A stretch of 64,000 bases of DNA from Polyangiaceae bacterium. GTDB taxonomy: Bacteria > Myxococcota_A > Polyangia > Polyangiales > Polyangiaceae. The notes below the pieces were generated by a model, which was not told the DNA's origin, did no database searches, and was given only the letters and a program-made list of their open reading frames with translations. Positions 21,152 through 30,551 of the stretch are shown here, piece after piece. The translations under genes were made by a program, and so were the position numbers. The number at the start of each line of letters is the position of its first letter. Within the stretch, counting starts at the first letter, position 1. The stretch spans positions 2,816,001 through 2,880,000 of the forward strand of contig CBDCTZ010000016.1 of the NCBI GenBank assembly GCA_965222375.1. The letters are read 5' to 3'.

Positions 21152-22417
21152 TCAGTCGCTGTCTCCGGTGGAACCTTTGCTCGCGTCGCTGACGCCAGCG
21201 TCCCTTGCCAAGGGCTGTGCCTCGAAGGAGGTCATTTGGGGACCGAGTTTGTCTTCGCAAACGTCGATGTGATCAGCCAGGCTAGAGAGACGAGCTTCGA
21301 CACCTTCGACGGATCGCTGACCGAGCACCGGTGCGAGGGCATCCTGGGACAAGGACTTGGCTAGTTGTGTCGACAGAACTTGCCGCCCGCGTCGCGCGCG
21401 GACTGCGATGACCGTCGCTTTGCGGAAGCGGCAGTTCGCGGTCAGCCGCTTGTTCATCTGAGACTTCCCGCGCCAGGGGTTGAAGCCTGCCGCTTGGTCC
21501 AAGAAGATCAAGGGGCCCCCACTGCCTAGGCTGAGCACGTTGCCGCCGCTCCAACGGTCCGTGTTGTGAATCAGGTGGTCAAAGACCAACATGTCTGACC
21601 ACTCGGGTAGCCGCTCCGCAACGGCCCGGCGCAGCGGTTGGGCTGTGTCGAGGCCATCCGTGAAGTCCTGGGGCGGCGCAGCGGAAACCAGGCGGCCTCG
21701 GTGCCACGCGATCAACGCTCCATACACGCCTCCATCGTGATCGAGCACTTCGTCGTCAAAGCGTGTCAGCCACTGTTCGTCGGCGCCGCTATGCACCAAA
21801 TGTGCGCGTAGCAGCCTACGTTCGATAATGCGCCCCGCCACGACGGCAACGCGCCCGAATCCCAAGAGCCGATCGAGATGGTAGGCCCCGATTTCGGCGC
21901 GAAACCCCGCCTTCCACTTCTTCTGCTCGGGCTTGAATAGAGCCCGATGACCGTCTTCGAACTTCACCCGCAGGGTCACGCTAGAGCCCCCGGCGTTGGC
22001 TTTGACCACAGTGATCGCACCCAACCTCAGGCGCGCCAGCCACGCTGCATCCCCCTCGGGCTGGATCGGCCCTGCCCAGCCCGTGTGGGGCGCCACCGGG
22101 CTCGGGGGCTGCGGAGCTTTGGCCTTTCGCGACCTCTCGGTGATGGGCGGAGGCGGTGCGGCATCAGAAGCATCCGCCACGGATGACGACGGGAGCGCTG
22201 ACGCGGATGCTGCTGCCTTGGGTTGAGCCGGTGGCTGCTTTTTCGCCGGCGCTGAACGGGTCGCGGGGGCCGAGGGCTGCGCCTTGCGGGCGTCGTCCTG
22301 GTCGCAGGCGGTTGCGAGCAGCGCGCATGAGCACAGGAAAGCGGCGGGCTTGGCGATCCATTTGGCGCCCCGCCGGAGTATGCTGCGGGCAGTCGTGCGG
22401 ATTCCTGTCTTGGTCAT
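21152..22417 (-). CDS. FAM20C/four-jointed-like atypical kinase with lipoprotein signal
   Basis: LLATAC lipobox, Pro/Ala linker, then ALFKP, EIGAYHLDRLLGFGRVAVVAGR, VFDHLIHNTDR, LIFLDQAAGF, CRFRKAT, LAPVL. Confidence 0.8.
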   Translation of the reverse strand: MTKTGIRTTARSILRRGAKWIAKPAAFLCSCALLATACDQDDARKAQPSAPATRSAPAKKQPPAQPKAAASASALPSSSVADASDAAPPPPITERSRKAKAPQPPSPVAPHTGWAGPIQPEGDAAWLARLRLGAITVVKANAGGSSVTLRVKFEDGHRALFKPEQKKWKAGFRAEIGAYHLDRLLGFGRVAVVAGRIIERRLLRAHLVHSGADEQWLTRFDDEVLDHDGGVYGALIAWHRGRLVSAAPPQDFTDGLDTAQPLRRAVAERLPEWSDMLVFDHLIHNTDRWSGGNVLSLGSGGPLIFLDQAAGFNPWRGKSQMNKRLTANCRFRKATVIAVRARRGRQVLSTQLAKSLSQDALAPVLGQRSVEGVEARLSSLADHIDVCEDKLGPQMTSFEAQPLARDAGVSDASKGSTGDSD

Positions 22418-23450
22418 TGCGTTGGTGCCGTGGTTCTTCGGCGGCAGTGCGCCGAGCATGGCACGAGTGGAGCGGGGAGTCGCGCCGTCGCCGGAGCGGT
22501 ACTTGCGCGCCGAGCCCGCCCAGACCAAGCCCCTGGCGAAGCCTCGAGCGCGGCTGCTAGCCGTGAGTCCCCAGGGCCCGCGCGTCGAGCTGAGGACCCC
22601 GATCCGAATCGTGATTTCCGAGCCCGTGGCGGATGCGGATGTTGTCGTGCGAATAGAGCCGCCCACGCCCACCCGCCGCCGCTGGCAAGATGATCGCACC
22701 CTCGTAGTAGAGCCCCTGCCTCGCTGGCGCGCCGGCAAGGCTCATCGCGTCAGCATCAGCGTCTCGGACCACCCCCATGTGGAAGGCATCTTCCGCACCC
22801 AGGTGCCCCCGCCCGAACTGATAACCCCCGGCGAGGGCAAGCGCGTGATCCTCACCTTTGACGATGGCCCCCATCGACGTCGCCAAGCGGATGACCTGCT
22901 GGACACGTTGGACGAGGCGAACGCCAAAGCGATCTTCTTTCCCACGGGTAAGTGGATCCGGGGCCGACCCGATTGGGTGAAGCGAGCCAGCGAAGCGGGC
23001 CACTGGGTGTGCAACCACACCTACAGCCATCGCAATTTGACGTTGCCGCCGATCACCGAGGAGGACATCATCTTCGAGATCGAGAACGGCGCGAGCGACG
23101 GCAGGTGCAAGCTATTCCGTCCGCCACTCATGGCAACCGACGCGCGTGTGGAGCGAATCGTCAAGCGCCTCGGCTACCAGATGTTCCTCTGGGACATCGA
23201 CAGTCGGGACTGGGAAGACACGCCGGCCGAGGACATCGAGAATTTGGTGCTCCGAAGGGTGAAGCCTGACGTAGTTGTATTGCTACATATTCACTCAAAA
23301 GGTACGCATCGCGCATTGCCGAGTCTTTTGGAGCGGTTAACGGAGGCTGGCTATCGACTGACCCATGAGCCGGACCCGGATGTGGATGTAGGTGTGGGTG
23401 GGACACCCGCGGCACAGTTGCCGATCCCCACGCCAGCGCTGCTAGACTGA
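22380..23450 (+). CDS. Polysaccharide deacetylase (CE4/NodB) with N-terminal Ig-like domain
   Basis: LTFDDGP, NHTYSH, FRPP, WDIDSRDW, VLLH; signal anchor then Big_5-like segment. Confidence 0.88.
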   Translation: MLRAVVRIPVLVIALVPWFFGGSAPSMARVERGVAPSPERYLRAEPAQTKPLAKPRARLLAVSPQGPRVELRTPIRIVISEPVADADVVVRIEPPTPTRRRWQDDRTLVVEPLPRWRAGKAHRVSISVSDHPHVEGIFRTQVPPPELITPGEGKRVILTFDDGPHRRRQADDLLDTLDEANAKAIFFPTGKWIRGRPDWVKRASEAGHWVCNHTYSHRNLTLPPITEEDIIFEIENGASDGRCKLFRPPLMATDARVERIVKRLGYQMFLWDIDSRDWEDTPAEDIENLVLRRVKPDVVVLLHIHSKGTHRALPSLLERLTEAGYRLTHEPDPDVDVGVGGTPAAQLPIPTPALLD

Positions 23451-23543
23451 GTCTGGCTCGGGAAGTTAGCTAGCCGAGCGCTCGTAGGACTTTGAGGCAG
23501 CAGTCTGCTTCATTGCTTTGGTTTCAGTAGGAGAAAGAATCCC

Positions 23544-24464
23544 ATGCGAAAGCTCATCACCGCGGTGGCCGGCGCCTTTGCCCTTGCCGCTCCTTTGTTC
23601 GTCACAACCCCGGCTCATGCCGATCTCAGCGCGTGCGGGGACATCCACGTCGAGGCCAGCGCGAAGTGCGACGTCATGGCGAAGGGTGGCTGCGCCGTCA
23701 GATGTACAGAGTTGAAGTTCGAGGCCTCGTGTCAGGCCGAGGGGTACGTGAGTTGCCAGGGTGAATGCAATGTCCAGGCCGACGCTAGCTGCACGGGTGC
23801 TTGCGATCTTTCTGCTTGCGAAGTCCGGTGCAATGACGATGAGCTGAAGTTCGACTGCGCCGCCAACTGTACGGCGGGTTGCGACGCGGACTGCTCGGGG
23901 TCCTGCGAAGCGGAGTGCAAGGCAGACGCCAACAAGGCTGAGTGCCAGTCCAAGTGCGAGGGCTCATGCAAGGCGACCTGTCAAGGTGAGTGCAAGGGAA
24001 GCTGCAGTGGTAGCGTCCCGGACTGCAAGGCCAAGTGTCAGGCCAGTTGTCAAGGCCAGTGTAAGGCCCAGGCCAACGCAAAGTGTCAGGGCAGCTGCCA
24101 GAGCAAGCTCCAAGCGAACTGCGAGGCCAACTTGCAGGGTGGTTGCAAGGCCAAATGCGAGAGCCCCGAAGGCGCCGTCGAGTGCGACGGTCAATTCGTC
24201 GACAACAACGGCAATGCCCAAGCCTGCGTAGATGCAGTTGGGGCATGGATCGCGTCGATCGACGCAAGCGCGACCGGAAGCGCGACTGCGAGCGCCGAGT
24301 GCAAAAATGGCGTATGCACGGCCTCTGCAGAAGCCGAGGGCGAAGCCAGCGCGGGTTGCGCGGTCGCTCCCGGCACCAAGGGTGGTGATCTTGCACTGCT
24401 CGGCCTGTTCGCCGCACTTGGTGGTGTGGTCGTCGCCGGTCGTCGCCGTCGCCGCCGCGCCTGA
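23544..24464 (+). CDS. Cys-rich secreted protein with MYXO-CTERM sorting signal
   Basis: Signal peptide (AHA), CxxxC repeats, C-terminal GCAVAPG + TM helix + RRRRRR. Confidence 0.85.
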   Translation: MRKLITAVAGAFALAAPLFVTTPAHADLSACGDIHVEASAKCDVMAKGGCAVRCTELKFEASCQAEGYVSCQGECNVQADASCTGACDLSACEVRCNDDELKFDCAANCTAGCDADCSGSCEAECKADANKAECQSKCEGSCKATCQGECKGSCSGSVPDCKAKCQASCQGQCKAQANAKCQGSCQSKLQANCEANLQGGCKAKCESPEGAVECDGQFVDNNGNAQACVDAVGAWIASIDASATGSATASAECKNGVCTASAEAEGEASAGCAVAPGTKGGDLALLGLFAALGGVVVAGRRRRRRA

Positions 24465-24556
24465 GTTCGGCAGCGCAAAGCTCGAGGCGTCGCACGACAG
24501 TGCGGCGCCTCGCTGCTTTTTGTGGCCCGCTGGTCAGTCCTCGAGCTGAGTCAGCC

Positions 24557-24617
24557 GTTTCGGGGTTGGGGCCCCGAAACCTGAGGGTGGGGCCCCGATG
24601 ACTTCACGTCAGCGGGG
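24557..24617. repeat. REP-like double hairpin between convergent genes
   Basis: GTTTCGGGG/CCCCGAAAC stem followed by CCCCGATGAC/GTCAGCGGGG stem. Confidence 0.55.
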
Positions 24618-24644
24618 CGGGAGCTGTGCTCCCGACAAACGGGC

Positions 24645-25367
24645 CTAGTCCTCGGGCTCGCCGCAGCGCACGCTGCTGCCCTCGGAGATGCAGCTTTCGC
24701 CGGGTTTGTCGCAGTCCGAGTCAGCGGCGAACTTCTTGGACTTGCAGATCAAGATGCTCTTCTTGTCCATGGTGCAGGCGTGCTTGCCTTCCATCTCGCC
24801 GGGGCAGACGTCCTGTAGCTTCGCGACGGTCAAGTCGCAGTTGAGCTTCTTGTCCACGATTTTGCAGCCATCCGGCCCGCGGCAGAAGAACAGCGTGGCC
24901 ATTTTACCACCCTGACAAGACAGCAGCTGCGCGCCGTCCTTGCTACAGCTCTTGCCCTTTTCCGACTCGGCGCAGGCGTCGCCCGCCTCCGCTACGGAGG
25001 TGTCACAGTGTGCACGTCCGTCCTTCCGCTGGCAGCCATCGGGCCCCCGGCATGGCGATGGCAAGTACTTGCCCCCTCGGCAAACGACGATGGTCTTCGG
25101 GTCGGCGCAGGCCGCCGCACCCTCGTCATCCTTGGAACAGCGATCATCTGCTTTGTTGGCGGAGATGTCGCATCGGATTCCATCCGGAGTGATCGAACAG
25201 CCCTTCTCTCCCCGGCAGGGGGTTTCGATGTACTTGCCGTCTTCACACGCGAGTTGCGCCGTCTTGTTGAGACACTTGGCCTCTCCCTTGTCACAGGAGC
25301 TCCCGACGCCCGGTTTGCAGGAGGTCAGCAGCGCGACGAGACTCACGAAGCAGATTCGTTTCCACAT
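24645..25367 (-). CDS. Cys-rich repeat lipoprotein
   Basis: LLTSC lipobox; repeated CRGxxGC modules. Confidence 0.8.
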   Translation of the reverse strand: MWKRICFVSLVALLTSCKPGVGSSCDKGEAKCLNKTAQLACEDGKYIETPCRGEKGCSITPDGIRCDISANKADDRCSKDDEGAAACADPKTIVVCRGGKYLPSPCRGPDGCQRKDGRAHCDTSVAEAGDACAESEKGKSCSKDGAQLLSCQGGKMATLFFCRGPDGCKIVDKKLNCDLTVAKLQDVCPGEMEGKHACTMDKKSILICKSKKFAADSDCDKPGESCISEGSSVRCGEPED

Positions 25368-25504
25368 CTTGGCGCGATCCTAGCCCGATTCGCCCGGGAT
25401 TCGGGAGGGCGAAATCCTGCGCACGAGCCCCCCGTAGCGGCTTGACGTTGACCCGAGCCGCACCTAGGTCGAACGACCCAACACAAATCAAGGGAGGCGG
25501 ACAT

Positions 25505-26143
25505 ATGGGACTTCACATCGGAAGCGTTGCACCAGATTTCGAGGCCGAGACCACCGAAGGCAAGATCAAGTTTCACGACTGGATGGGCGATTCTTGGGCG
25601 GTACTGTTCTCACACCCCAAAGACTTCACGCCGGTATGCACGACCGAGCTGGGTCGAGCGGCCAATCTGCGTGAGGAGTTTGGTCACCGCGGCACGAAGA
25701 TGATCGCCGTCAGCGTCGACAACGTCGCGGATCACAGAAAGTGGATCGGCGACATCGAGGAAACCCAGAAGGCGAAGATGAACTTCCCGATCATCGGCGA
25801 CGAGGCACGCAAGGTGGCTCAGCTCTACGACATGATCCACGACGAGGCCGACGACACATTGACCGTGCGCTCGGTTTTCATCATCGACAGCGCGAAGAAG
25901 ATCCGCGCCATGATCACCTATCCCGCCAGCACGGGTCGGAACTTCACGGAAATCCTACGTGTGATCGATTCGTTGCAGCTGACGGACAACCACCAAGTGG
26001 CCACCCCGGTTGACTGGAAGGACGGCGACGACTGCGTCATCGTTCCCGCCATTACCGATCCGGCGGAGATGAAAGAGAAGTTTCCAAAGGGCTGGACGGA
26101 GCTGCGCCCTTACCTGCGCATGACGCCGCAGCCAAACCGCTAG
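25505..26143 (+). CDS. 1-Cys peroxiredoxin (Prx6 family)
   Basis: FSHPKDFTPVCTTELG, YPASTGRNF, VATPVDW; GGAGG RBS. Confidence 0.94.
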   Translation: MGLHIGSVAPDFEAETTEGKIKFHDWMGDSWAVLFSHPKDFTPVCTTELGRAANLREEFGHRGTKMIAVSVDNVADHRKWIGDIEETQKAKMNFPIIGDEARKVAQLYDMIHDEADDTLTVRSVFIIDSAKKIRAMITYPASTGRNFTEILRVIDSLQLTDNHQVATPVDWKDGDDCVIVPAITDPAEMKEKFPKGWTELRPYLRMTPQPNR

Positions 26144-26200
26144 CTGCGGGCGTGGGCGGTGGCGCATTTGCTTGCGCCGCCGCCGTGGTAGCGTGGCGGC

Positions 26201-28288
26201 GTGCTGAGCGCTCGCAGCGAACTCCTGCGTGACGAAGGTCGACGCACTGCTCTTGCTGCGGCCACTCTGGCCAGCGTGATTCTGGCGTTCGTTGCCGGAA
26301 AGGCCGCGCGGGACGCGCTATTCCTTTCTCAGCTGCCGACGGCAGCTCTGCCCGCCATGATGGCGGCGGCTGCAGCGGCTGCTCTGCTGTCATCCCTGGG
26401 CTTCGCGCGGTTGATGAAGAGTATCGCCCCGCAGCGGCTGCTGCCCGCAGGCTTGGCCGTAAGTGCGCTGCTGCACCTGGCGGAGTTTGCTGTGATGCCA
26501 CGCGCGCCCAAGGCCATCGCGGTCGTTGCCTACCTACATGTCGCCGCACTGGTGCCGCTGCTGATCAGTGGTGTTTGGTCCGTCGTGAGCGAATCCTTCG
26601 ACCCGCGCGCAGCCAAGCGTCGCGTGGGGCAGGTTGCGTCCGGCGGAGCCATTGGTGGTGTGCTTGCGGGAGTCGTCGCGGAACGCGCCGGCGCCTGGAT
26701 CGGTTTGCGTGGACTGCTTGCCGTGATTGGCGCAGCGACTGCTGTGGCGCTCATGCTTTCTCTGGCTTTGGCCAGAGCGAAGCCGCGGGCTTCGGCGCCC
26801 ACGGAAGAGTCGGCTGCCGACGCATCGCGCAGTGTGCCTTTTCTGACGCCGCTGGTGTTCATGCTGGCGGCGCTGGCCCTGGGCGGCAGCGCCCTGGACT
26901 ATGTGCTCAAAGTGGCCGCCGTCGAGGCTCACGAAAGCACGCAGGGTTTGCTTCGATTCTTCGCGCTATTCCACGCCGGTGTCGGGCTCGTCACCTTCGT
27001 GGCCCAGTCGACCTTGACCCGCCGCGCCTTGGAGAGCTGGGGTCTGGCGCGGACAGCTGCGAGCGCTCCGCTTTCCGTTGCGGGCGGTGTGGCTCTGGTG
27101 TTTCTCTCCCCGACCTTTGGGAGCATCGCCGCCCTGCGTGGCCTGGAGTCTGTGAGTCGGCTCTCTCTGTTCAAGGCGTCCTACGAGGTCCTGTTCACTC
27201 CGCTCTCGGACGGCGAAAAGCGCGGGCTGAAGACGCTCTTGGACGTGACCGTAGAACGCTTGTCGGACGTGGTTGCAGCGGGCTGCATCTACATCCTGAT
27301 CTTTGCGTTCGCGGAGCCCCGCACCCCATTGCTTGCGTTTGCTCTGCTGTTCATGTTGCTCGCGGCGCTGCTGAGCGGACGCGTGGAGCGCGGCTATGTG
27401 CGAGTGCTCGAGCAGCGCTTGCGACGGGACCCGAATCTGCCCCAGCCCGACGTATTGGATCGCACCACGCAGCGCACACTGCAAGCGCTGCGACCCAAGC
27501 CCGTCCGCGCTGCGTCGACGGAAGCTAGCGGGATCATCGAAGCCATCATGGACGGAGAACGCGAGGTGGATGACGACGCCTTCCACATCTTGATCGACTC
27601 CCTGGCCACGGAGCGTGCCCCGGAGGAGGCGCTACGCCTGCTCCGGACCGTAGCGGATCGACGCGCTCCCGAGTTGGCGGAACTGTTCTTGGATACCGGC
27701 ACGCCTGAACGAACACGCCGCCGCTTGCCTCGCGTGCTCAGCGTTTCCCGCCGTCCAGAGATCGTCGACGCCCTGCTAGGCTCGCTGCAGGACGAACGCT
27801 TCGAGGTGCGCTTTCAATGCGGCAGGGCGCTGTATCGCATGGCGCACCGGGGCCGCGGCATGGCCCCGGAGCCAGCTCGGATCTTCGAGGCCATGCAGAG
27901 TGAACTCTCTTCTCAGCGCGCGGTGCTGGTCGCGGACCAGCAGGCCGACCTGGCTGGCGAGCTGCCACTGGAACGCGAGTTCCTCAGTCATCGCGCGAGT
28001 CGGGTCTTGGAGCACGTTTTCCGATTGCTCACCTTGGTCACGGAAAAGGACGCCGCTCTTGCGGCCTTTCATGCTCTGACCGGCGACGATGACCAGCTAC
28101 GCGGTACGGCCTTGGAATGGCTAGATAGCGCCCTGCCCGGGCCCGTCAGGGTCGCCCTCTTGCCGCACCTGGATAGCGTCGAGCCACCGCCGCGTTCGTT
28201 GCGTTCGCCGGAGAAGCTCATGGCAGAGCTCATGGCCAAGAGCGCCACGGTGCGCATGGCCGCTGCCAAAGCGCCCAAGAGCGAATGA
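26201..28288 (+). CDS. Npt1/TLC nucleotide translocase-like membrane protein with C-terminal HEAT repeats
   Basis: KAARDALFL, FDPRAAKR, about 12 TM helices, EVLFTPL..EKR..K; helical C-terminus (LQDERFEVR, LRGTALEWL). Confidence 0.72.
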   Translation: MLSARSELLRDEGRRTALAAATLASVILAFVAGKAARDALFLSQLPTAALPAMMAAAAAAALLSSLGFARLMKSIAPQRLLPAGLAVSALLHLAEFAVMPRAPKAIAVVAYLHVAALVPLLISGVWSVVSESFDPRAAKRRVGQVASGGAIGGVLAGVVAERAGAWIGLRGLLAVIGAATAVALMLSLALARAKPRASAPTEESAADASRSVPFLTPLVFMLAALALGGSALDYVLKVAAVEAHESTQGLLRFFALFHAGVGLVTFVAQSTLTRRALESWGLARTAASAPLSVAGGVALVFLSPTFGSIAALRGLESVSRLSLFKASYEVLFTPLSDGEKRGLKTLLDVTVERLSDVVAAGCIYILIFAFAEPRTPLLAFALLFMLLAALLSGRVERGYVRVLEQRLRRDPNLPQPDVLDRTTQRTLQALRPKPVRAASTEASGIIEAIMDGEREVDDDAFHILIDSLATERAPEEALRLLRTVADRRAPELAELFLDTGTPERTRRRLPRVLSVSRRPEIVDALLGSLQDERFEVRFQCGRALYRMAHRGRGMAPEPARIFEAMQSELSSQRAVLVADQQADLAGELPLEREFLSHRASRVLEHVFRLLTLVTEKDAALAAFHALTGDDDQLRGTALEWLDSALPGPVRVALLPHLDSVEPPPRSLRSPEKLMAELMAKSATVRMAAAKAPKSE

Positions 28289-28292
28289 GCCG

Positions 28293-28589
28293 TTGCCAGT
28301 GCCGTCGCATGCGGGGAGCTGCTTCGCGCTCCCTTCTGTGATTTCGGACACGGATCCTCGCGTGCTCAGCGCTCTCGTTGCCGGCTACCGACGCATGTCC
28401 CTCGCGGAGAAGTTTAGGCGCGTGGAGCAATTGAACGAAGCGGTTCTGTCCCTCGCCGCCGCCCGCATCAAGAAGGAGCATCCGAGCATAGGTGATCGTG
28501 AGCTAAGGCTTCGGTTGGCATCCCTGTGGCTCGATGCGGAAACCATGAAGCGCGCATTCGGTTGGGACCCGCACGCCTCGGCTCGATGA
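28293..28589 (+). CDS. Small protein of the type found upstream of nucleotidyltransferase genes (putative TA partner)
   Basis: YRRMSLAEKF and HPSIGDRELRLRLASLWL; stop overlaps the next ATG (ATGA). Start uncertain. Confidence 0.6.
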   Translation: MPVPSHAGSCFALPSVISDTDPRVLSALVAGYRRMSLAEKFRRVEQLNEAVLSLAAARIKKEHPSIGDRELRLRLASLWLDAETMKRAFGWDPHASAR

Positions 28590-28670
28590 CCGCCCTCGCT
28601 GAACCCATCGAAGTTACGCTTCAAGTGACCGCAGCTTTCGAACGCCTTGGCGCGCGCTATTTGGTGGGTG
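28586..28670 (+). pseudogene. 5' stub of a nucleotidyltransferase-like gene
   Basis: MTALAEPIEVTLQVTAAFERLGARYLVG, then similarity is lost exactly where GGS and DxD would follow. Confidence 0.5.
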
Positions 28671-28836
28671 TGTGGCCGTGCGGAGCGCTTCGAATCTCGC
28701 GTGCCGCTCCTCGGCTTGACGCCAGCATACTCCGGCACGGAAGAGAGCGGCCGGCAGTTGCCGTTTTCTTGTCCGGCCCGAGGGTCTTCAGCCATGCCTT
28801 TGGGGGCGCCGCCCTGGGTGGCGCGGGAGGCAGCAG

Positions 28837-29487
28837 ATGACTAGTTCCGAGATGATTCCCGAGACCGGTGCGTCGCGACCCTTGGGGGTCGTTGTGCGAC
28901 GCGGAGATGGCGATGCCGCAGGGCCGTGTCCACCGCCGTCCTCGCGGGTGCCGAGCGCCCACCCGAACACCATCATCGGTCTCGGCGAAGACTTCATCGA
29001 CGAGCTGCGACTCACCCGGCCGTGGATCAAGAGTCCGTTGCCACCTCGTTCAGAATCGCTCACTGCGGATGCGACGCCGTCTGACGCGAAGGATGAGGCG
29101 TCCTGCTCCCCAATCCCCCCGCTGGCCGCGACGGCCGCCCGCTGCTCGGAGAGCCCACCTCCCGCCGCCGTTGCCTCGCCGACTCCGTCCGTCACGCCCC
29201 CACCGCCGACGGCTACGGTCAAGTGCAAGACTCCCGAGCCGACAAAGGCCCCGCGGGTCGGCGCGAGACGGAAGCCGACCGCCATCACCTTGGCTGCCTC
29301 CGAAGTCGGCGAGCTGTCTTCGGCGCCGGATGCCAGTAGCGCCAACTCGGCGGACAACGTCGACTTCCGCGCGCAGTTTCGCGGACACGTGCGCAACATC
29401 GTCCGCGAGTTCGGCATGCTGACCGTGGATGTGGTCGATGCGGTCGAGCGCTGGTTGCGCGGCCGATCGCCTGCCCCTGAGGACTAA
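28837..29487 (+). CDS. Pro-rich hypothetical protein
   Basis: 216-aa low-complexity ORF with GGAGG upstream and an amphipathic C-terminus. Confidence 0.5.
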   Translation: MTSSEMIPETGASRPLGVVVRRGDGDAAGPCPPPSSRVPSAHPNTIIGLGEDFIDELRLTRPWIKSPLPPRSESLTADATPSDAKDEASCSPIPPLAATAARCSESPPPAAVASPTPSVTPPPPTATVKCKTPEPTKAPRVGARRKPTAITLAASEVGELSSAPDASSANSADNVDFRAQFRGHVRNIVREFGMLTVDVVDAVERWLRGRSPAPED

Positions 29488-29520
29488 CCGGCATGCAGCG
29501 TCCCGCATGCGAGAGCCGTG

Positions 29521-29622
29521 GCGTCGTCCCCTTGGGGCCCAAGTTCAGCTCTGTTGCCCTCCCAAACCAGCCGGCTTGTTTTGTTGGAAGGCAACAGAGC
29601 TGTACTGGCGCCTCGAGTCACG
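29521..29622 (+). repeat. Dispersed palindromic repeat, copy 1
   Basis: 13-bp stem CAGCTCTGTTGCC/GGCAACAGAGCTG (29546-29602); core matches copy 2 at 54 of 57 positions. Confidence 0.85.
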
Positions 29623-29829
29623 TCGCGTTGGCTCTGGCCTGTTGTACGGGGCATTGTCCGCCTCGACAAGCTGGGCTGGAACACGTCTGCGTTCAAGCAC
29701 AGCGGCATCGGCGCGAACTGAATGCAGCGGGAGCGCTGTACGACGGCGCCAGCATAGGCGTTTTCAACCCCAGTGGCGACTTCGCTACCGGCGGGCCGTC
29801 CCCGCATCTCCGAGACCTTTGGGACGTGG

Positions 29830-30249
29830 TCAACGGTGCTTCAGCTGCGCCGACGCCGCCTTCCGCCTCGCCAGTAGATAGATCGCGCAGCCAACCGCGG
29901 TAACGATCGCCGTCATGGCGATCGATGTGTTGCGAAGCATGAATCCGCAATCGCCGGAGCGCACGCTCATCCACCATCCCGGGTGGATCGCGGCGAGCAC
30001 GGCCGGCAACCATCGAGCGCTCCAGGGAGGTTTGGGCGATCGGGTCAGAACGAGCACCGTCGCGGCAACTCCGGCGGCCACGGCGAGGAGAACCCAGCCG
30101 GCTAGCATGTTGTTGGTCATGGCGCGTGCCGCGCCGGGGCCGGAGCAGGCGAGCGCCGACGGAGCCAGGGTCGCCATGGCGCCGCCCGCGGACGCAGCTG
30201 AGCATCTCAGCATTCGGGCCGTCCTCCGAGTGAAAGCAAGACCGCGCAT
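29830..30249 (-). CDS. Small membrane protein
   Basis: ALACSGPGA, hydrophobic helices, HPGWWMSVRSGDCG. Confidence 0.6.
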   Translation of the reverse strand: MRGLAFTRRTARMLRCSAASAGGAMATLAPSALACSGPGAARAMTNNMLAGWVLLAVAAGVAATVLVLTRSPKPPWSARWLPAVLAAIHPGWWMSVRSGDCGFMLRNTSIAMTAIVTAVGCAIYLLARRKAASAQLKHR

Positions 30250-30437
30250 CGCGCGCCTAGCCTAGCAGCGGCTGGCCGTGAACGCGGTCGATGCCGTCGA
30301 GCGCTGGCAGCGTGGTCGGTCCGCAGCGCGTTCTCGCAGTGGTTCTCGGTCACAACGCCGTCGGAGCTCGAGCTCCGCTCAGCCCAGCTAAGTCCAACTC
30401 AGTGGCCCGGTTCTGACGCTCGCCCCACATTGCCGAG

Positions 30438-30508
30438 CGAGTCGGCCCGGCCGTGCCCGCGGGGGGCGTGCCGAGTCGGCCCGGCCGTGCCCGCGGGGGC
30501 GTGCCGAG
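30438..30508 (+). repeat. Tandem duplication of a 33-34 bp unit
   Basis: CGAGTCGGCCCGGCCGTGCCCGCGGGGG(G)CGTGC twice; the copies differ by one G. Confidence 0.9.
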
Positions 30509-30551
30509 CCAATGAACGATCGCGCTCACACGATCACCGGAGGCTTCGAGG

